Part shown: positions 25,008 to 34,281 of the stretch, piece by piece
Position numbering within the stretch: the first letter of the stretch is position 1
How the letters are laid out: each line of letters starts with the position of its first letter
Assembly: GCA_964403955.1 (NCBI GenBank)
Contig: CAYOID010000006.1
Coordinates: 3,867 to 67,866 of the forward strand
Source of the DNA: an uncultured Desulfohalobiaceae bacterium
GTDB lineage: Bacteria > Desulfobacterota > Desulfovibrionia > Desulfovibrionales > Desulfothermaceae
DNA: 64,000 bases
Direction: 5' to 3'
The notes under the pieces: model-generated
Told to the model about the DNA's origin: nothing
Databases searched by the model: none
What the model saw: the letters and a program-made list of their open reading frames with translations, nothing else
Translations under genes and position numbers: made by a program

Positions 25008-26275
25008 CCTCCAATCTCCATTCCAGGCCGGTGGCCAGACGTGTGATGCTCTCCCTGGGCTTTCGATCGGAGCAGCGTGCGGATCGAAGCCAGGAAGGCC
25101 CTGGCCTGATGCCTGGTTCCTTTGATTTTTTCAGCTCTGGCAAAGGCTGTTTCAGCCCGCTGCCAGTCCTGCAGCTGGCTGGAAGCCAGACCGACGAGCA
25201 TGGCCATGGAGCCGAGCTGCCCATCCTGTTCCAGGGCTTGTTCTGCGCTTTGAATCGCCTGTTCAAAACGGCCGAACCGATAGAGGATCTTGGCTTTTTC
25301 AGCCAGAATGGGTGCAGAGGCTCTGACCTCCAGGGCCCTGTCCATCCAGGCTACCGCCTCATCATGCCGAAAGGCCCTGGCATACCAGGCAGCGATCTCC
25401 CGGCACTCTTCGAGGTCTGGATCGGCCCCGGCACCCTTTTCCAACCTTCTGGCCGCAGAAAGCGGGGCGTTCATGGCCTGATACAGATGGGCCAGCTCTT
25501 TCCACCTGGAGTTTTCCGTGTCCTGTAAGGCGTAAGCGATCTCCAGGGCTGAAGCAGCCGCGGGCAGATCTTCCTGTTCCAGATGCACCCTGGCCATCAG
25601 CCGCCAATACTGATTCCGGCCTGGCGTTCGCTGCACCAGAATGTCCAGGAACCTCTCGGCCCTGACAGGGTTCTCCTCTTGAAGGCACAGATTGACCCCC
25701 AACTCCAGCCAGGCTGAGCTGGGGCTTGGATGATGCTGAAACAATTCCTCCAGAAGACCCAAACCCTGGCGTGCTTCCCCGGCCTGGGCATACGCTGTGG
25801 CTGCATTGTAGAGCAGGTCCGGGCTCGACTCCTGTCCGAGCTCGAAGGCCTTGACAAAGGATTCGGCGGCTGCCTCCCAATCCTCTGTGACATAACAGGC
25901 CACGGCATGGTTGTGATGGAGGAGCTCGTGCCCGGGATGGTTCTCAAGGCCGTGCTCGAAGGTCGACCTGGCCTCGTCCTCCCTGTCCAGCTCCAGCAGG
26001 GCGTTCCCGCGCAGGATGAACCACTGGGCCGGGGCCGACTCCGGGGACAGGGACCGGTCCAGGAGGTCCACGCATGCCTTTGGCCTGCCCTTGCCCAGGA
26101 GCTCATAGGCCTGGTACAGGACCCGCTGCTCTCTGGGGCTGAGCTGCTCAGCAGCGCAGATCCCGGCGAAGAGGCCCATCAGGAGCACGAGCACAGTCAG
26201 GGCCTGGATGATCAGCCGCGATCTGACCTTGAATGGCGAAAGTCGAGACATGGCAATCGCTTGAATTGCAATCAC
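25004..26275 (-). CDS. TPR-repeat protein of the TonB2-type cluster
   Basis: ORF track, 423 aa. It has a signal/TM segment and repeated TPR-like helices. The start is uncertain (GTG at 26275 or ATG at 26251). Confidence 0.75.
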   Translation of the reverse strand: MIAIQAIAMSRLSPFKVRSRLIIQALTVLVLLMGLFAGICAAEQLSPREQRVLYQAYELLGKGRPKACVDLLDRSLSPESAPAQWFILRGNALLELDREDEARSTFEHGLENHPGHELLHHNHAVACYVTEDWEAAAESFVKAFELGQESSPDLLYNAATAYAQAGEARQGLGLLEELFQHHPSPSSAWLELGVNLCLQEENPVRAERFLDILVQRTPGRNQYWRLMARVHLEQEDLPAAASALEIAYALQDTENSRWKELAHLYQAMNAPLSAARRLEKGAGADPDLEECREIAAWYARAFRHDEAVAWMDRALEVRASAPILAEKAKILYRFGRFEQAIQSAEQALEQDGQLGSMAMLVGLASSQLQDWQRAETAFARAEKIKGTRHQARAFLASIRTLLRSKAQGEHHTSGHRPGMEIGG

Positions 26276-26302
26276 AACTACCAGGGTTTCAGTTTTTGGG
26301 TT

Positions 26303-27106
26303 TCAGTCCGGCCAGCGGCAGTGTTGAACAGCGACCCTGTCCGTGATGATCTCCAGGGCATCCCGGATATGCCGCCCAAAGAGATCGATGATGGACGGCA
26401 TGTGTCCCAGGCTCCGCTCTTCGATGGACACTTCAATCCCATGATCTTCAAAAAGCTTTTTCCAGGAATCCTCGTCCCCGGCCAGATCCTCATGAAAGTG
26501 GACTCCGGCCACGAGCATGAAGGGCACCAGCCGGGCTCGCTTGAAACCGGCCTGATCGACCGCCTGAACGATGCCCTCGGCTTCGGGCCAGCCCTCCACC
26601 ACCCCGACAAAAACCCCGTTGCCCAGGTGCTTCCGGGCCATGCTTTCCAAGCAAGGGTAGGCGGTCCAGATGGCGTGATCGGTGCCGTGCCCCACCAGGA
26701 TCAGGGCTTCTTCCCTGTCCAGGTGATCCAGCTCCCGGTCCAGGCCTTTGATGACAGCCTCATAGTCCTGTGGCGAATCCAGGAGGGGCAGCCCGATGGA
26801 GGTCCGCACAGGGCAGCCCTTGACCTCATCCACGAGGCGGTCGAACTCGTGTCCGCAGACCAGGTGCAGGGACTGGACCACCGCCCATTCGTGCCCCTTT
26901 TCCTGCAGTTCCTCCAGAACCTGGTGGGGGTGCTTGAACTCCAGACCCTGATCCTGCTGGATCCTGTCCCTGACCATCCTCGAGGTGAAGGCCCAGCGGA
27001 CTGGATGCTCTGGAAAGCAGGACCGGATTCGTTCGTCGATGATCTTGTAGGTCTGCCTGGCCCGGGTCGTGGTGCCAAAGGCCGTCATCACGATCGGGAC
27101 ACTCAT
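26303..27106 (-). CDS. cbiK: sirohydrochlorin cobaltochelatase CbiK-type, cytoplasmic form (no signal peptide)
   Basis: The motifs MSVPIVMTAFGTTT...ALILVGHGTDH...LVPFMLVAGVHFHEDLAGDEDSW fit CbiK. RBS is GAAGGAGGG. Confidence 0.85.
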   Translation of the reverse strand: MSVPIVMTAFGTTTRARQTYKIIDERIRSCFPEHPVRWAFTSRMVRDRIQQDQGLEFKHPHQVLEELQEKGHEWAVVQSLHLVCGHEFDRLVDEVKGCPVRTSIGLPLLDSPQDYEAVIKGLDRELDHLDREEALILVGHGTDHAIWTAYPCLESMARKHLGNGVFVGVVEGWPEAEGIVQAVDQAGFKRARLVPFMLVAGVHFHEDLAGDEDSWKKLFEDHGIEVSIEERSLGHMPSIIDLFGRHIRDALEIITDRVAVQHCRWPD

Positions 27107-27288
27107 CTCATCCCTCCTTCGTCAGCACGTGAACCACTTCTTCTGCAGGGCTTTTGGCCCCTTGAACGCTGTCTTCAAGCAGCTCAATGCTGCGAATCAC
27201 GGTCATCGTTTCACTGATCATCTCAGCTGGACATGTCGGGGACGCCCGGAAAACTGCCTCTGGAACCTCTCCTTGAGGCTGCTGTCCC

Positions 27289-30200
27289 TCACCCTGATCT
27301 TCGGCGCCTGCCTCCGGCAACAAACAGGGCCACGACCACCAGGATCCCCAGAGTGGCGAACCACTGCACACCTGAGGACGCCAGCTTCGAGGTCTCGTCC
27401 TGGGAGGCGACCTCTTCCATCTTGTAGCCCTTGACATCCTCGCGCTTGGAACCCTGTTCGGTCTTCCTGGTCTGCTGCTCGTCCCTGGCCTGATCGGCAT
27501 CTTTCAGACTCTGGCTGAGCTGGGCCTGCAGGGTTTGTCTGTCCTGGACCTGCTGGTCGAGCTTCTTGCCCATGGCCTGCTCCAGAGCCAGCTTGAACTC
27601 CTCGACCATCTCCGGGGACATGACCCCAGGCAGGGAGATGATGTTCACCACCATCTGGTTCAGCAGAGGGTTGTTGCAGGTATGGTCGCAGCAGGCCGCG
27701 CCTTTCTCCACCACGTTCAGGGCGTAGTCCGCAGCCAGCTTCTTCCTGACGGTTTCGTCCGCCTCCCAGTAGCCCTTTCGAGCCGCTTCCAGCATCCTGG
27801 CGGTGATGGACTGATAGGCCCAGGGGCTGGCCCGGTTGAAGAACGCTTTCAGATCCTGACCGTGCTTGTCCTGGACATAGACCTCATAGGTCTGTTCCCA
27901 TTTCGCGGCATCCACGGTCTCCGGCACGGTCACCTGCCAGCCCCACATGTGCTCCACGAACTTGGCCATCTCCCCGGCACCGGCATAATCCTCCTCTTTC
28001 ATGCCCTGGATCCATTTCGGGTTCAGGTAGCGGGTCCGCAGCTCCCGCCCCAGCGTCCTGGCCGCGTCCTCCACCTGGACCTCATTCGACACCTGCTGCC
28101 GGGTGATCAGGGTGTCCGGCGCCTGACCGCTCTCTCTGCGCACCGCCAGGGACAGCCCACCCAGATACTGGAACATGTCGTCGTTGTCCATCATTCCGTA
28201 AACATTGGAGGATCTGGAATGGACCGCCGTGTCCACATCTGAGAGCTGGAGCTTGAAGAGCTCTCTGGCCGGCTTGCCCCACAGCCCCTGTCCAAAGGCA
28301 TAGCCCACCCGGTTCTCGTAGACCTCCACGATCTCCTGATCCGACTCCCAGAACCCGGAGTGGCCGGTCATCTCGGAAACCCCGGTCCCGTATGATCCAG
28401 CCTTTTCAGAAAAAATGCGGATGGTGGAAAGGGTCTCGGCCTCCTGCTCATCCAGGCCCTTGTCCATGAGCCGTTTCTTGAGCCGACCGCTGTGCTCCTG
28501 GATGAGGTTGGCGATGTCGGTCTGCAGGGCTGCCTTGCGCACCGCCCGGTCAAGGAAGAGCAGCTTGCCCGGAAAGAGATCCCGGTACAGGCCGGAGGGG
28601 TTGATGAGCACGTCGATCCTGGGACGGCCGAGATCCGGGCCTGGAATGACCCGAGTTCCCGTGACCCGGCCGGCACTGTCCCAGACCGGCTTCAACCCCA
28701 TCAGGTACAGGATGGTGGACTCATTGACCCCCTCGTTGCGGATGGTCTCCGTGGCCCAGAGGACCACGGCCACCTTCTCCGGCATGGTCCCGTTCTGCTG
28801 CACGGATTCCTCGATGATCTGACGGGCCGCCTGCTTGCCCAGTGTCCAGGCCGATTCGGACGGTATCTTCTCCGGGTCAAAGCCGTAGAAGTTCTTGCCC
28901 GTGGGGATGGCCCCAGGGTTGCGAATGGGGTCGTTGCCCTCCCCAGCCGGAATGAACCGACCTTCAAGCCCCTGCATGAGACGGTCGATCTCCAGGGGCC
29001 CTGAATCGGTCAGACCCTGGCGAATGTCCTCGACTTCAGCGTCCGGGTTGATCTCAGCCACAGCCTGGGCAGTCTCCTCCAGGGGCTCTCCCCTGGGGGA
29101 GCGGCCATAGGTGTGCAGCCCATAGGGCATGAGGTTCTCTCTGATCTCCAGGAGATGGTGCTCGATCTCCTCCAGGGCCTCGTCATCCATGTCGTCCAGG
29201 CCAAGATCTGCGGTCAGGCCCAATCGAGCGCTCAGCCCCTGGATCTCCTTCAGCTTGGGTTGTGCAGTCTCACTGTCCAGGGCCTTTGAACGGTTGAAGC
29301 TGTTGATGAGATCGTAGAGCCGGCTGTACTCCCCGTACAGGCCCCCTTTACGCAAAGGCGGAATGAGATGGTCGATGATCACCCCCCGCCCCCTGCGTTT
29401 GGCCTGGATGCCTTCCCCCACATCGTCCACGATGTAGGGGTAGAGGTTGGGAATGTCGGTGAGCATGACCTCCGGAGGGCAGGCATGGGACAGGCCGGCC
29501 TGCTTTCCCGGCAGCCATTCATAGGTCGCATGGGTGCCGAGGTGGATCATGGCGTCGGCCTCGAACCCGTGCTTGAGCCACAGGTAGGCGGCCACGTACT
29601 GGTGATGGGGGTAGAGGGTGGGATCGTGGTAGAGCTTCATGGGGTCGTCCCCCCAGCCCCTGGCCGGTTCCGGCAGGAGCATGACCTGCCCCATCCTGAC
29701 CCCGGGTATGATCAGATCACCGCCTTTGATCATGATCGTGGAGTCCTCCACCGGTCCCCACTGCTCCACCACCCCCTGCCGGAACTCCCGGGGAAGGGTC
29801 TTGAACCACGACCTGTAGGTGGAAACCGGCAGGCGGATCACGGTCCCGTCGGCCAGCATGGCGTCCAGCTCACCCGGGGCCCAGCTGCCCACATTGCGGC
29901 CGGTCTTCAGGATGAGCTCCTTGAGCTCCTCTTCCGTGATCAAGTCCTTTTCTGCAACCCGGTAGCCCTCGGTGCGCATCCGTTCCAGAATGACCTGAAG
30001 GCTGCGAAAGACATTGAGGTAGCTGGCCCCGATGTTCTGTTTGCCCTGGCTGTGGTTGTAATAGAGGATGGCCACCCGTTTGTCCCTGTTGTCCATCTCC
30101 CTGAGCTGGAGCCATGTCTTGAGCCTCGGCAGCACAAGGTCCAGATTCTCATCGATGAGCTCGTATCTGGTCACCTCCCGCCCGGTTTGAGGATCTTGTG

Positions 30201-31197
30201 CCCTGACCGGGCCGGACAGGGGCGTGGGCTCGATCAGGCCGGAGATCTCCGGGTTGGCCATGGTCCAGACCACATGCATCGGGGGGATGCCCCTGGGGTC
30301 CTGGCGCCACTCGGGCAGGGTCTGCCCGTAGAGGTTGATGGCGTTGAAGACCGGGACGTCGAGATCGGACAGGGCCTTTTTGACCCGCTCGTTCATGGCT
30401 GAGTAGAACTTGAGGGAGAAGGCCAGGACGGCGTCCACCTCTGCCTCCTGCCTCTGGTTCAGGAGATACCGCGTCAGGACCTCCTCGTCCTGGCCGAAGC
30501 AGGGGAGCACATTCCAGCCGGCCTCTTCGATCCTGAGGATGAGCTCATCCAGGCACTCCTTCTGGCCGGGAATGAGGGAGGAGGAGAAGAACATCAGCCC
30601 CAGCCAGGGGCGCCGGTCATGGTCCTTGCGAAGGCCCTCATACCAGCTCCGATAGGCTGACAGGCTGGAAAAGATCTCCTTGGCCTCCGGATGGGCGATG
30701 CCCACATCCGGCCGGTTCTGGACGTCCTGGAAGGTCACCGAGGAATCGATCTCCTGGTGGACCACCCGCTTGATGAGGTTCTGGATGTTGGCGGCCGAGA
30801 GGTTGGAGAAGTAGGCCTGAATCTCGGGATCAAAGATGAATCCCCGGTCCTTGAGCTTCTGGTCGTTGCGCGACCCGCGAAGGGCATACACGGGCTTTGC
30901 CCCAGGGTCCTCGTTCTGCAGCAGATACTCGTTGAGCTCCGGCATCATCACGTCCACAATGATCGTCTCGGACCCGGCAATGAAGGCCCGGGCGGATTCG
31001 TTCTCCGCAATGTTCTTGTGGGTGAAGAACCGGACCTCGATCTCCCGGGGCAGGTCCAGGCCTTTGACCGCCTCGTTCACCACCGTGCTGTCCGCCTCGA
31101 TGATGAGCATGGACACGTCTGCGGACAGGGTGGACGAGGACATCAGGACCAGGGTCACAGCCCACAAACGGGCCAGGATCGCTCGGGGGGTCATCAT
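27289..31197 (-). CDS. CobN/ChlH-type chelatase large-subunit homologue with signal-like N-terminus and C-terminal TM anchor (HmuS/BtuS-like)
   Basis: ORF 27289..31299 is trimmed to MMTPRAILARLWAVTLVLMSSSTLSA (GAGG RBS). It carries the CobN core signature IHLGTHATYEWLPGKQAGLS and ends WFATLGILVVVALFVAGGRRRRSG. Confidence 0.88.
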   Translation of the reverse strand: MMTPRAILARLWAVTLVLMSSSTLSADVSMLIIEADSTVVNEAVKGLDLPREIEVRFFTHKNIAENESARAFIAGSETIIVDVMMPELNEYLLQNEDPGAKPVYALRGSRNDQKLKDRGFIFDPEIQAYFSNLSAANIQNLIKRVVHQEIDSSVTFQDVQNRPDVGIAHPEAKEIFSSLSAYRSWYEGLRKDHDRRPWLGLMFFSSSLIPGQKECLDELILRIEEAGWNVLPCFGQDEEVLTRYLLNQRQEAEVDAVLAFSLKFYSAMNERVKKALSDLDVPVFNAINLYGQTLPEWRQDPRGIPPMHVVWTMANPEISGLIEPTPLSGPVRAQDPQTGREVTRYELIDENLDLVLPRLKTWLQLREMDNRDKRVAILYYNHSQGKQNIGASYLNVFRSLQVILERMRTEGYRVAEKDLITEEELKELILKTGRNVGSWAPGELDAMLADGTVIRLPVSTYRSWFKTLPREFRQGVVEQWGPVEDSTIMIKGGDLIIPGVRMGQVMLLPEPARGWGDDPMKLYHDPTLYPHHQYVAAYLWLKHGFEADAMIHLGTHATYEWLPGKQAGLSHACPPEVMLTDIPNLYPYIVDDVGEGIQAKRRGRGVIIDHLIPPLRKGGLYGEYSRLYDLINSFNRSKALDSETAQPKLKEIQGLSARLGLTADLGLDDMDDEALEEIEHHLLEIRENLMPYGLHTYGRSPRGEPLEETAQAVAEINPDAEVEDIRQGLTDSGPLEIDRLMQGLEGRFIPAGEGNDPIRNPGAIPTGKNFYGFDPEKIPSESAWTLGKQAARQIIEESVQQNGTMPEKVAVVLWATETIRNEGVNESTILYLMGLKPVWDSAGRVTGTRVIPGPDLGRPRIDVLINPSGLYRDLFPGKLLFLDRAVRKAALQTDIANLIQEHSGRLKKRLMDKGLDEQEAETLSTIRIFSEKAGSYGTGVSEMTGHSGFWESDQEIVEVYENRVGYAFGQGLWGKPARELFKLQLSDVDTAVHSRSSNVYGMMDNDDMFQYLGGLSLAVRRESGQAPDTLITRQQVSNEVQVEDAARTLGRELRTRYLNPKWIQGMKEEDYAGAGEMAKFVEHMWGWQVTVPETVDAAKWEQTYEVYVQDKHGQDLKAFFNRASPWAYQSITARMLEAARKGYWEADETVRKKLAADYALNVVEKGAACCDHTCNNPLLNQMVVNIISLPGVMSPEMVEEFKLALEQAMGKKLDQQVQDRQTLQAQLSQSLKDADQARDEQQTRKTEQGSKREDVKGYKMEEVASQDETSKLASSGVQWFATLGILVVVALFVAGGRRRRSG

Positions 31198-31246
31198 GGT
31201 ATCTGCCTCGACGCACACAACACTGTTCGACCCTGAGTCTCCGCCA

Positions 31247-33379
31247 TCATCTCGCGCATCCTTTTTGGCAAGCAATATCAGCCCCGAAGGCTCCCTCAAG
31301 ACCCGCTTTTCTGTCTATTGTCCCCTGTCCTCTGGCCTCTGTCTCCTTCTGCACCACTCCATTGAGAATGGCGTTCAAGGCCATGGCCAGGACCCTGGGC
31401 CAGTCATGCCGGCCTGTGACATCTTTCAATTCCTGAATGGGCCTCCCGGCGATGTCGGCAGCCATCTCCCGGCACCAGGTCCTGTATCCCGACATGTCGG
31501 TCAGCAGCCCCTTGTGCACGTCATCGCTCAGAGTGATGGCCGCCTGGAGGAAATCGGCATACTTGGGCTGAAGCAGCACACAGTTCAAGGTGGTCAGGAC
31601 CTCCTGTCTGGAGATGCCCTTTGCGGGCTCAATGTTGGAGACGAGATCGTAGAGGCCGATCCTGCGCTCCTGGAGTCGGTGAAACACGCTGCGCTGGGCG
31701 ACCAGCCCGTTCTGCCTGCCTATCGCTTCCCGAACCCCGGCGTACACGGCGTTGGCGATGAGCTCCCCCAGCTTGGAGTGTCCGCCGGCATTGTCCAGCC
31801 GGGTCCCGGTCCCTTCCGCCACCAGGACGTTGTCCGTGCCTGTGCCGGTGGCCCTGTGCTTCAGGGGGGAGGAGGCGCTGCGGATGTCCATGTCCAGAAG
31901 GGCGGCGGTCTTGGCCTCTGTGGCCGAGATGACGGCCCTGGTCATGGCCCTGGGGCTGAGGGCCATGTTCGGCAGGAGGATGATGTTGATGGTTCCGGGC
32001 TCATAAAAGCGGCCCTCGTCCCGGGACATGCGGACCGCATTGGACCTGACCCCTGCTGTGACCAGGGCGGTCACGGCCATGTCCTTGAACGACCGCGTCT
32101 GCACCGCCAGATTGTCCATGTCCGCCCCGGTGAACAGGAAGCTGGACTGCTCCGGTTCGACCCCGATGACCTCGTAGACCTGAGACCTCACCCAGTCCAA
32201 CCCCTTGTGATGCCCCAGGCTCCAGCTCGGCGGGGGGGAGTAGTGGTTGCCCACGGTGCGGACCCCGCTTCGCTGCCCTTCCAGGGTCGAGACCACGGAC
32301 ATGGGCGCCTTGAACTCCACAATCAGGGACTTGTTCTCAAAATCCTGAATCCGGCTGGTGGCGATCCCGGCTGTACGCACGTACTCCAGGTCCAGATTCA
32401 AAGTCCGGCTGCCGACGATCTCTTCCTCCCGGACCAGGTTCTCCTGCCTGGCGAACTCCCGGGCATAGATCCTGGACGCCAGCCAGGCCACGAAGTCTCC
32501 GCTGTGGGTGGCTGCCCTGCAGGTCAGGGCGCAGGGGAACCAGAAGAGAGCACCCTCCTGCACGGCCTGGGCATCCCTCCACCCGGGTTTGGAGAAGAAC
32601 CTCTCCGCAACCTCCCGGTCCCCGCCGCAGCCGTAGATGACCTGGGGATCGAAGTCCTGCCACTCCTGTTGGGTGACCGGAACGATCTCACCGTCTTTTC
32701 CCAACTCGGGCGGTATGCCCCCGGCCAGCCGGATGAGCTCGGTCTGAAACGAGTCCTGCCCCGGTGTCATGACCCGGTCCCGGCCCATGAGCCGGATGAC
32801 TCGTTTCCTCCTGGACTCAGGGATCCTGACCATCTTGTCCTGAATGAGGTCCAGCTGGGCCTGAATCCCCTCCACAATGGACCTGGCCTCGCTCTCCCTT
32901 GCAAACATCCGCCCCAGAAGGCGGATCTCCTCAAAGCTGTCCGCAATGGACTCGGTCTTCAGGGTCACGACCTGGACCTCGGATCCGGCAAATTCCTTGC
33001 GCACCGCATCGTGCAGGGTGGAGGCCATGACCACATCGGGGTTCAGGGCTTTGATCCGCTCCATGCAGGGGCAGAAGAAGCTGCCCACGATCTCCTTGGC
33101 GTGCACCTCGGCCGGCATGGTCGAGTGCAAGGTCAGCCCCTGGAGATGCTCCCCGGCCCCCAGGGCGAACATGATCTCCGTGATTGACGGAACCAGGGAG
33201 ACCACCCGCTGAGGGGGTTCTGCAAAGGAAACCCGTTGTCCCAGGTCATCGGTGAACTCGATCGGTTTGGCCCAGGCCGGAACGGAGACGGCCACAACGA
33301 AAACCAGCAGCAGCGTGCCGACCAGGCTGATCCGACGTGAAAGACCTTGGATTGCATTGTTGACCGTGGACATGCGCAT
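31247..33379 (-). CDS. fusion protein: signal peptide + BtuF-like binding domain + CbiZ (adenosylcobinamide amidohydrolase) domain
   Basis: N-terminus: LVGTLLLVFVVAVSVPAWAKPIEFTDDLGQRVSFAEPPQRVVSLVPSITEIMFALG. C-terminal half: ...FYEPGTINIILLPNMALSPRAMTRAVISATEAKTAALLD...TGTGTDNV, which is CbiZ-like. ATG 33373 is a possible alternative start. Confidence 0.82.
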   Translation of the reverse strand: MRMSTVNNAIQGLSRRISLVGTLLLVFVVAVSVPAWAKPIEFTDDLGQRVSFAEPPQRVVSLVPSITEIMFALGAGEHLQGLTLHSTMPAEVHAKEIVGSFFCPCMERIKALNPDVVMASTLHDAVRKEFAGSEVQVVTLKTESIADSFEEIRLLGRMFARESEARSIVEGIQAQLDLIQDKMVRIPESRRKRVIRLMGRDRVMTPGQDSFQTELIRLAGGIPPELGKDGEIVPVTQQEWQDFDPQVIYGCGGDREVAERFFSKPGWRDAQAVQEGALFWFPCALTCRAATHSGDFVAWLASRIYAREFARQENLVREEEIVGSRTLNLDLEYVRTAGIATSRIQDFENKSLIVEFKAPMSVVSTLEGQRSGVRTVGNHYSPPPSWSLGHHKGLDWVRSQVYEVIGVEPEQSSFLFTGADMDNLAVQTRSFKDMAVTALVTAGVRSNAVRMSRDEGRFYEPGTINIILLPNMALSPRAMTRAVISATEAKTAALLDMDIRSASSPLKHRATGTGTDNVLVAEGTGTRLDNAGGHSKLGELIANAVYAGVREAIGRQNGLVAQRSVFHRLQERRIGLYDLVSNIEPAKGISRQEVLTTLNCVLLQPKYADFLQAAITLSDDVHKGLLTDMSGYRTWCREMAADIAGRPIQELKDVTGRHDWPRVLAMALNAILNGVVQKETEARGQGTIDRKAGLEGAFGADIACQKGCAR

Positions 33380-33458
33380 ACCTCTACGATCCGCTTTTCA
33401 GACTGACATGTGGTGTGAAAACATTGGTTCGCGACGGATGGGGGATTACCATTGACCC

Positions 33459-33526
33459 ATAGGGGCGAGCGGCGCTCGCCCGTCTGGAGCGGTGCTCGCC
33501 CGTCTTCTCTGGAACGGCGCTCGCCC
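33459..33526. repeat. REP-like GGGGCGAGCGGCGCTCGCCC plus two partial copies
   Basis: The sequence reads ATAGGGGCGAGCGGCGCTCGCCC GTCTG GAGCGGTGCTCGCCC ... ACGGCGCTCGCCC, in the spacer upstream of the BtuF-CbiZ gene. Confidence 0.7.
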
Positions 33527-33584
33527 TCTTTTCCGGGTCAGCGCCACTGACCCTCACGCCGGACGGGGGGAACGTGCTGACGCG

Positions 33585-33956
33585 TCATTGTTCATCCGGC
33601 ACATAGATCATGGTGCCGTCTTCCAGGCGGTAGGCGGTGCCGAGGCGTTCCCCCCGGCCCTGGGCCGTCTTCTCCGTCACCTTCCTGGCCTCGATCGTGG
33701 TGCCCTTCTTGGTGATGATCTCCATCTCTCCCTGGGCGCTCTTTTTCATGATGGTCAGCTCCGAGTGCTCACTGAAAAGATCCTGCAGGTGGTAGGCGGA
33801 AAAGAGTGTAAAGATGAGTCCGACAATGAAGACCAGGCCCAGGTCAAACAGGTTGGCCACTCCGCTTAAGGGGTCGTTGGCTTCGCCCCCTCTGCGCGGC
33901 TGCACCGTGTAGCCCCTGTCCTGAATCCCTGCTCGCCGTTTCATGAAATATCGCAT
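33585..33956 (-). CDS. DUF2149-like single-TM protein (ExbD-position partner of the MotA homologue)
   Basis: Internal start MRYFMKRRAG (RBS GAGGAAGGG). It has the TM segment LFDLGLVFIVGLIFTLF followed by a soluble beta-rich tail. Confidence 0.7.
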   Translation of the reverse strand: MRYFMKRRAGIQDRGYTVQPRRGGEANDPLSGVANLFDLGLVFIVGLIFTLFSAYHLQDLFSEHSELTIMKKSAQGEMEIITKKGTTIEARKVTEKTAQGRGERLGTAYRLEDGTMIYVPDEQ

Positions 33957-34034
33957 CGTTCCCTTCCTCAGATCACAGACAGCCACACCATCCCGAAACC
34001 CCAAGCATCACCTGTTCTGATCACTCCTGGCTTG

Positions 34035-34240
34035 AGCTCGTATGAAACTTCAGAAAAAAAGGCCCCCTCAGCCTTCGGCAGCTCCCCTGAGTACAGGGGA
34101 GCAGTCAGAGGAGCCAGCCCGAAAGTTTCTGCCTTGATCAAACTGGCAAAGAATGAACTGGAGCAATCACCCGAGTGCTCCAATTTTTGCACTTAAAATC
34201 AAAGAGATAAATTCAGTTTTCCCAGCGGCAAAACTGAATT
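34035..34240 (-). repeat. modular intergenic repeat, long form, inverted relative to 20085-20315
   Basis: Modules: C(rc) 34037-34050, D(rc) 34122-34146, H 34214-34236. It has the same internal hairpin CTCCCCTGAGTACAGGGGAG as the partner copy. Confidence 0.8.
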
Positions 34241-34281
34241 CTTTCTTCTGTCTTCTGCTCTCTGTCCTCTGTCTTCTGTCT

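Noticed and set aside
27108-27288. Small ORF in the CobN-like / cbiK spacer (MISETMTVIRSIELLEDSVQGAKSPAEEVVHVLTKEG, 37 aa; part of track ORF 27108..27500)
   Set aside because: It has no convincing RBS, and the long track ORF is out of frame with the CobN-like 3' end. It may be real, but the sequence alone does not support it.
30836-33187. 783-aa plus-strand ORF, and similar long plus-strand ORFs (22757..24400, 25730..27217, 18250..19113, 12432..13655, 4056..5144, 5528..6403, 29368..30402)
   Set aside because: All lie antisense to minus-strand genes with clear family signatures. They have no RBS, biased Gly/Pro/Arg/His composition and no recognisable domains.
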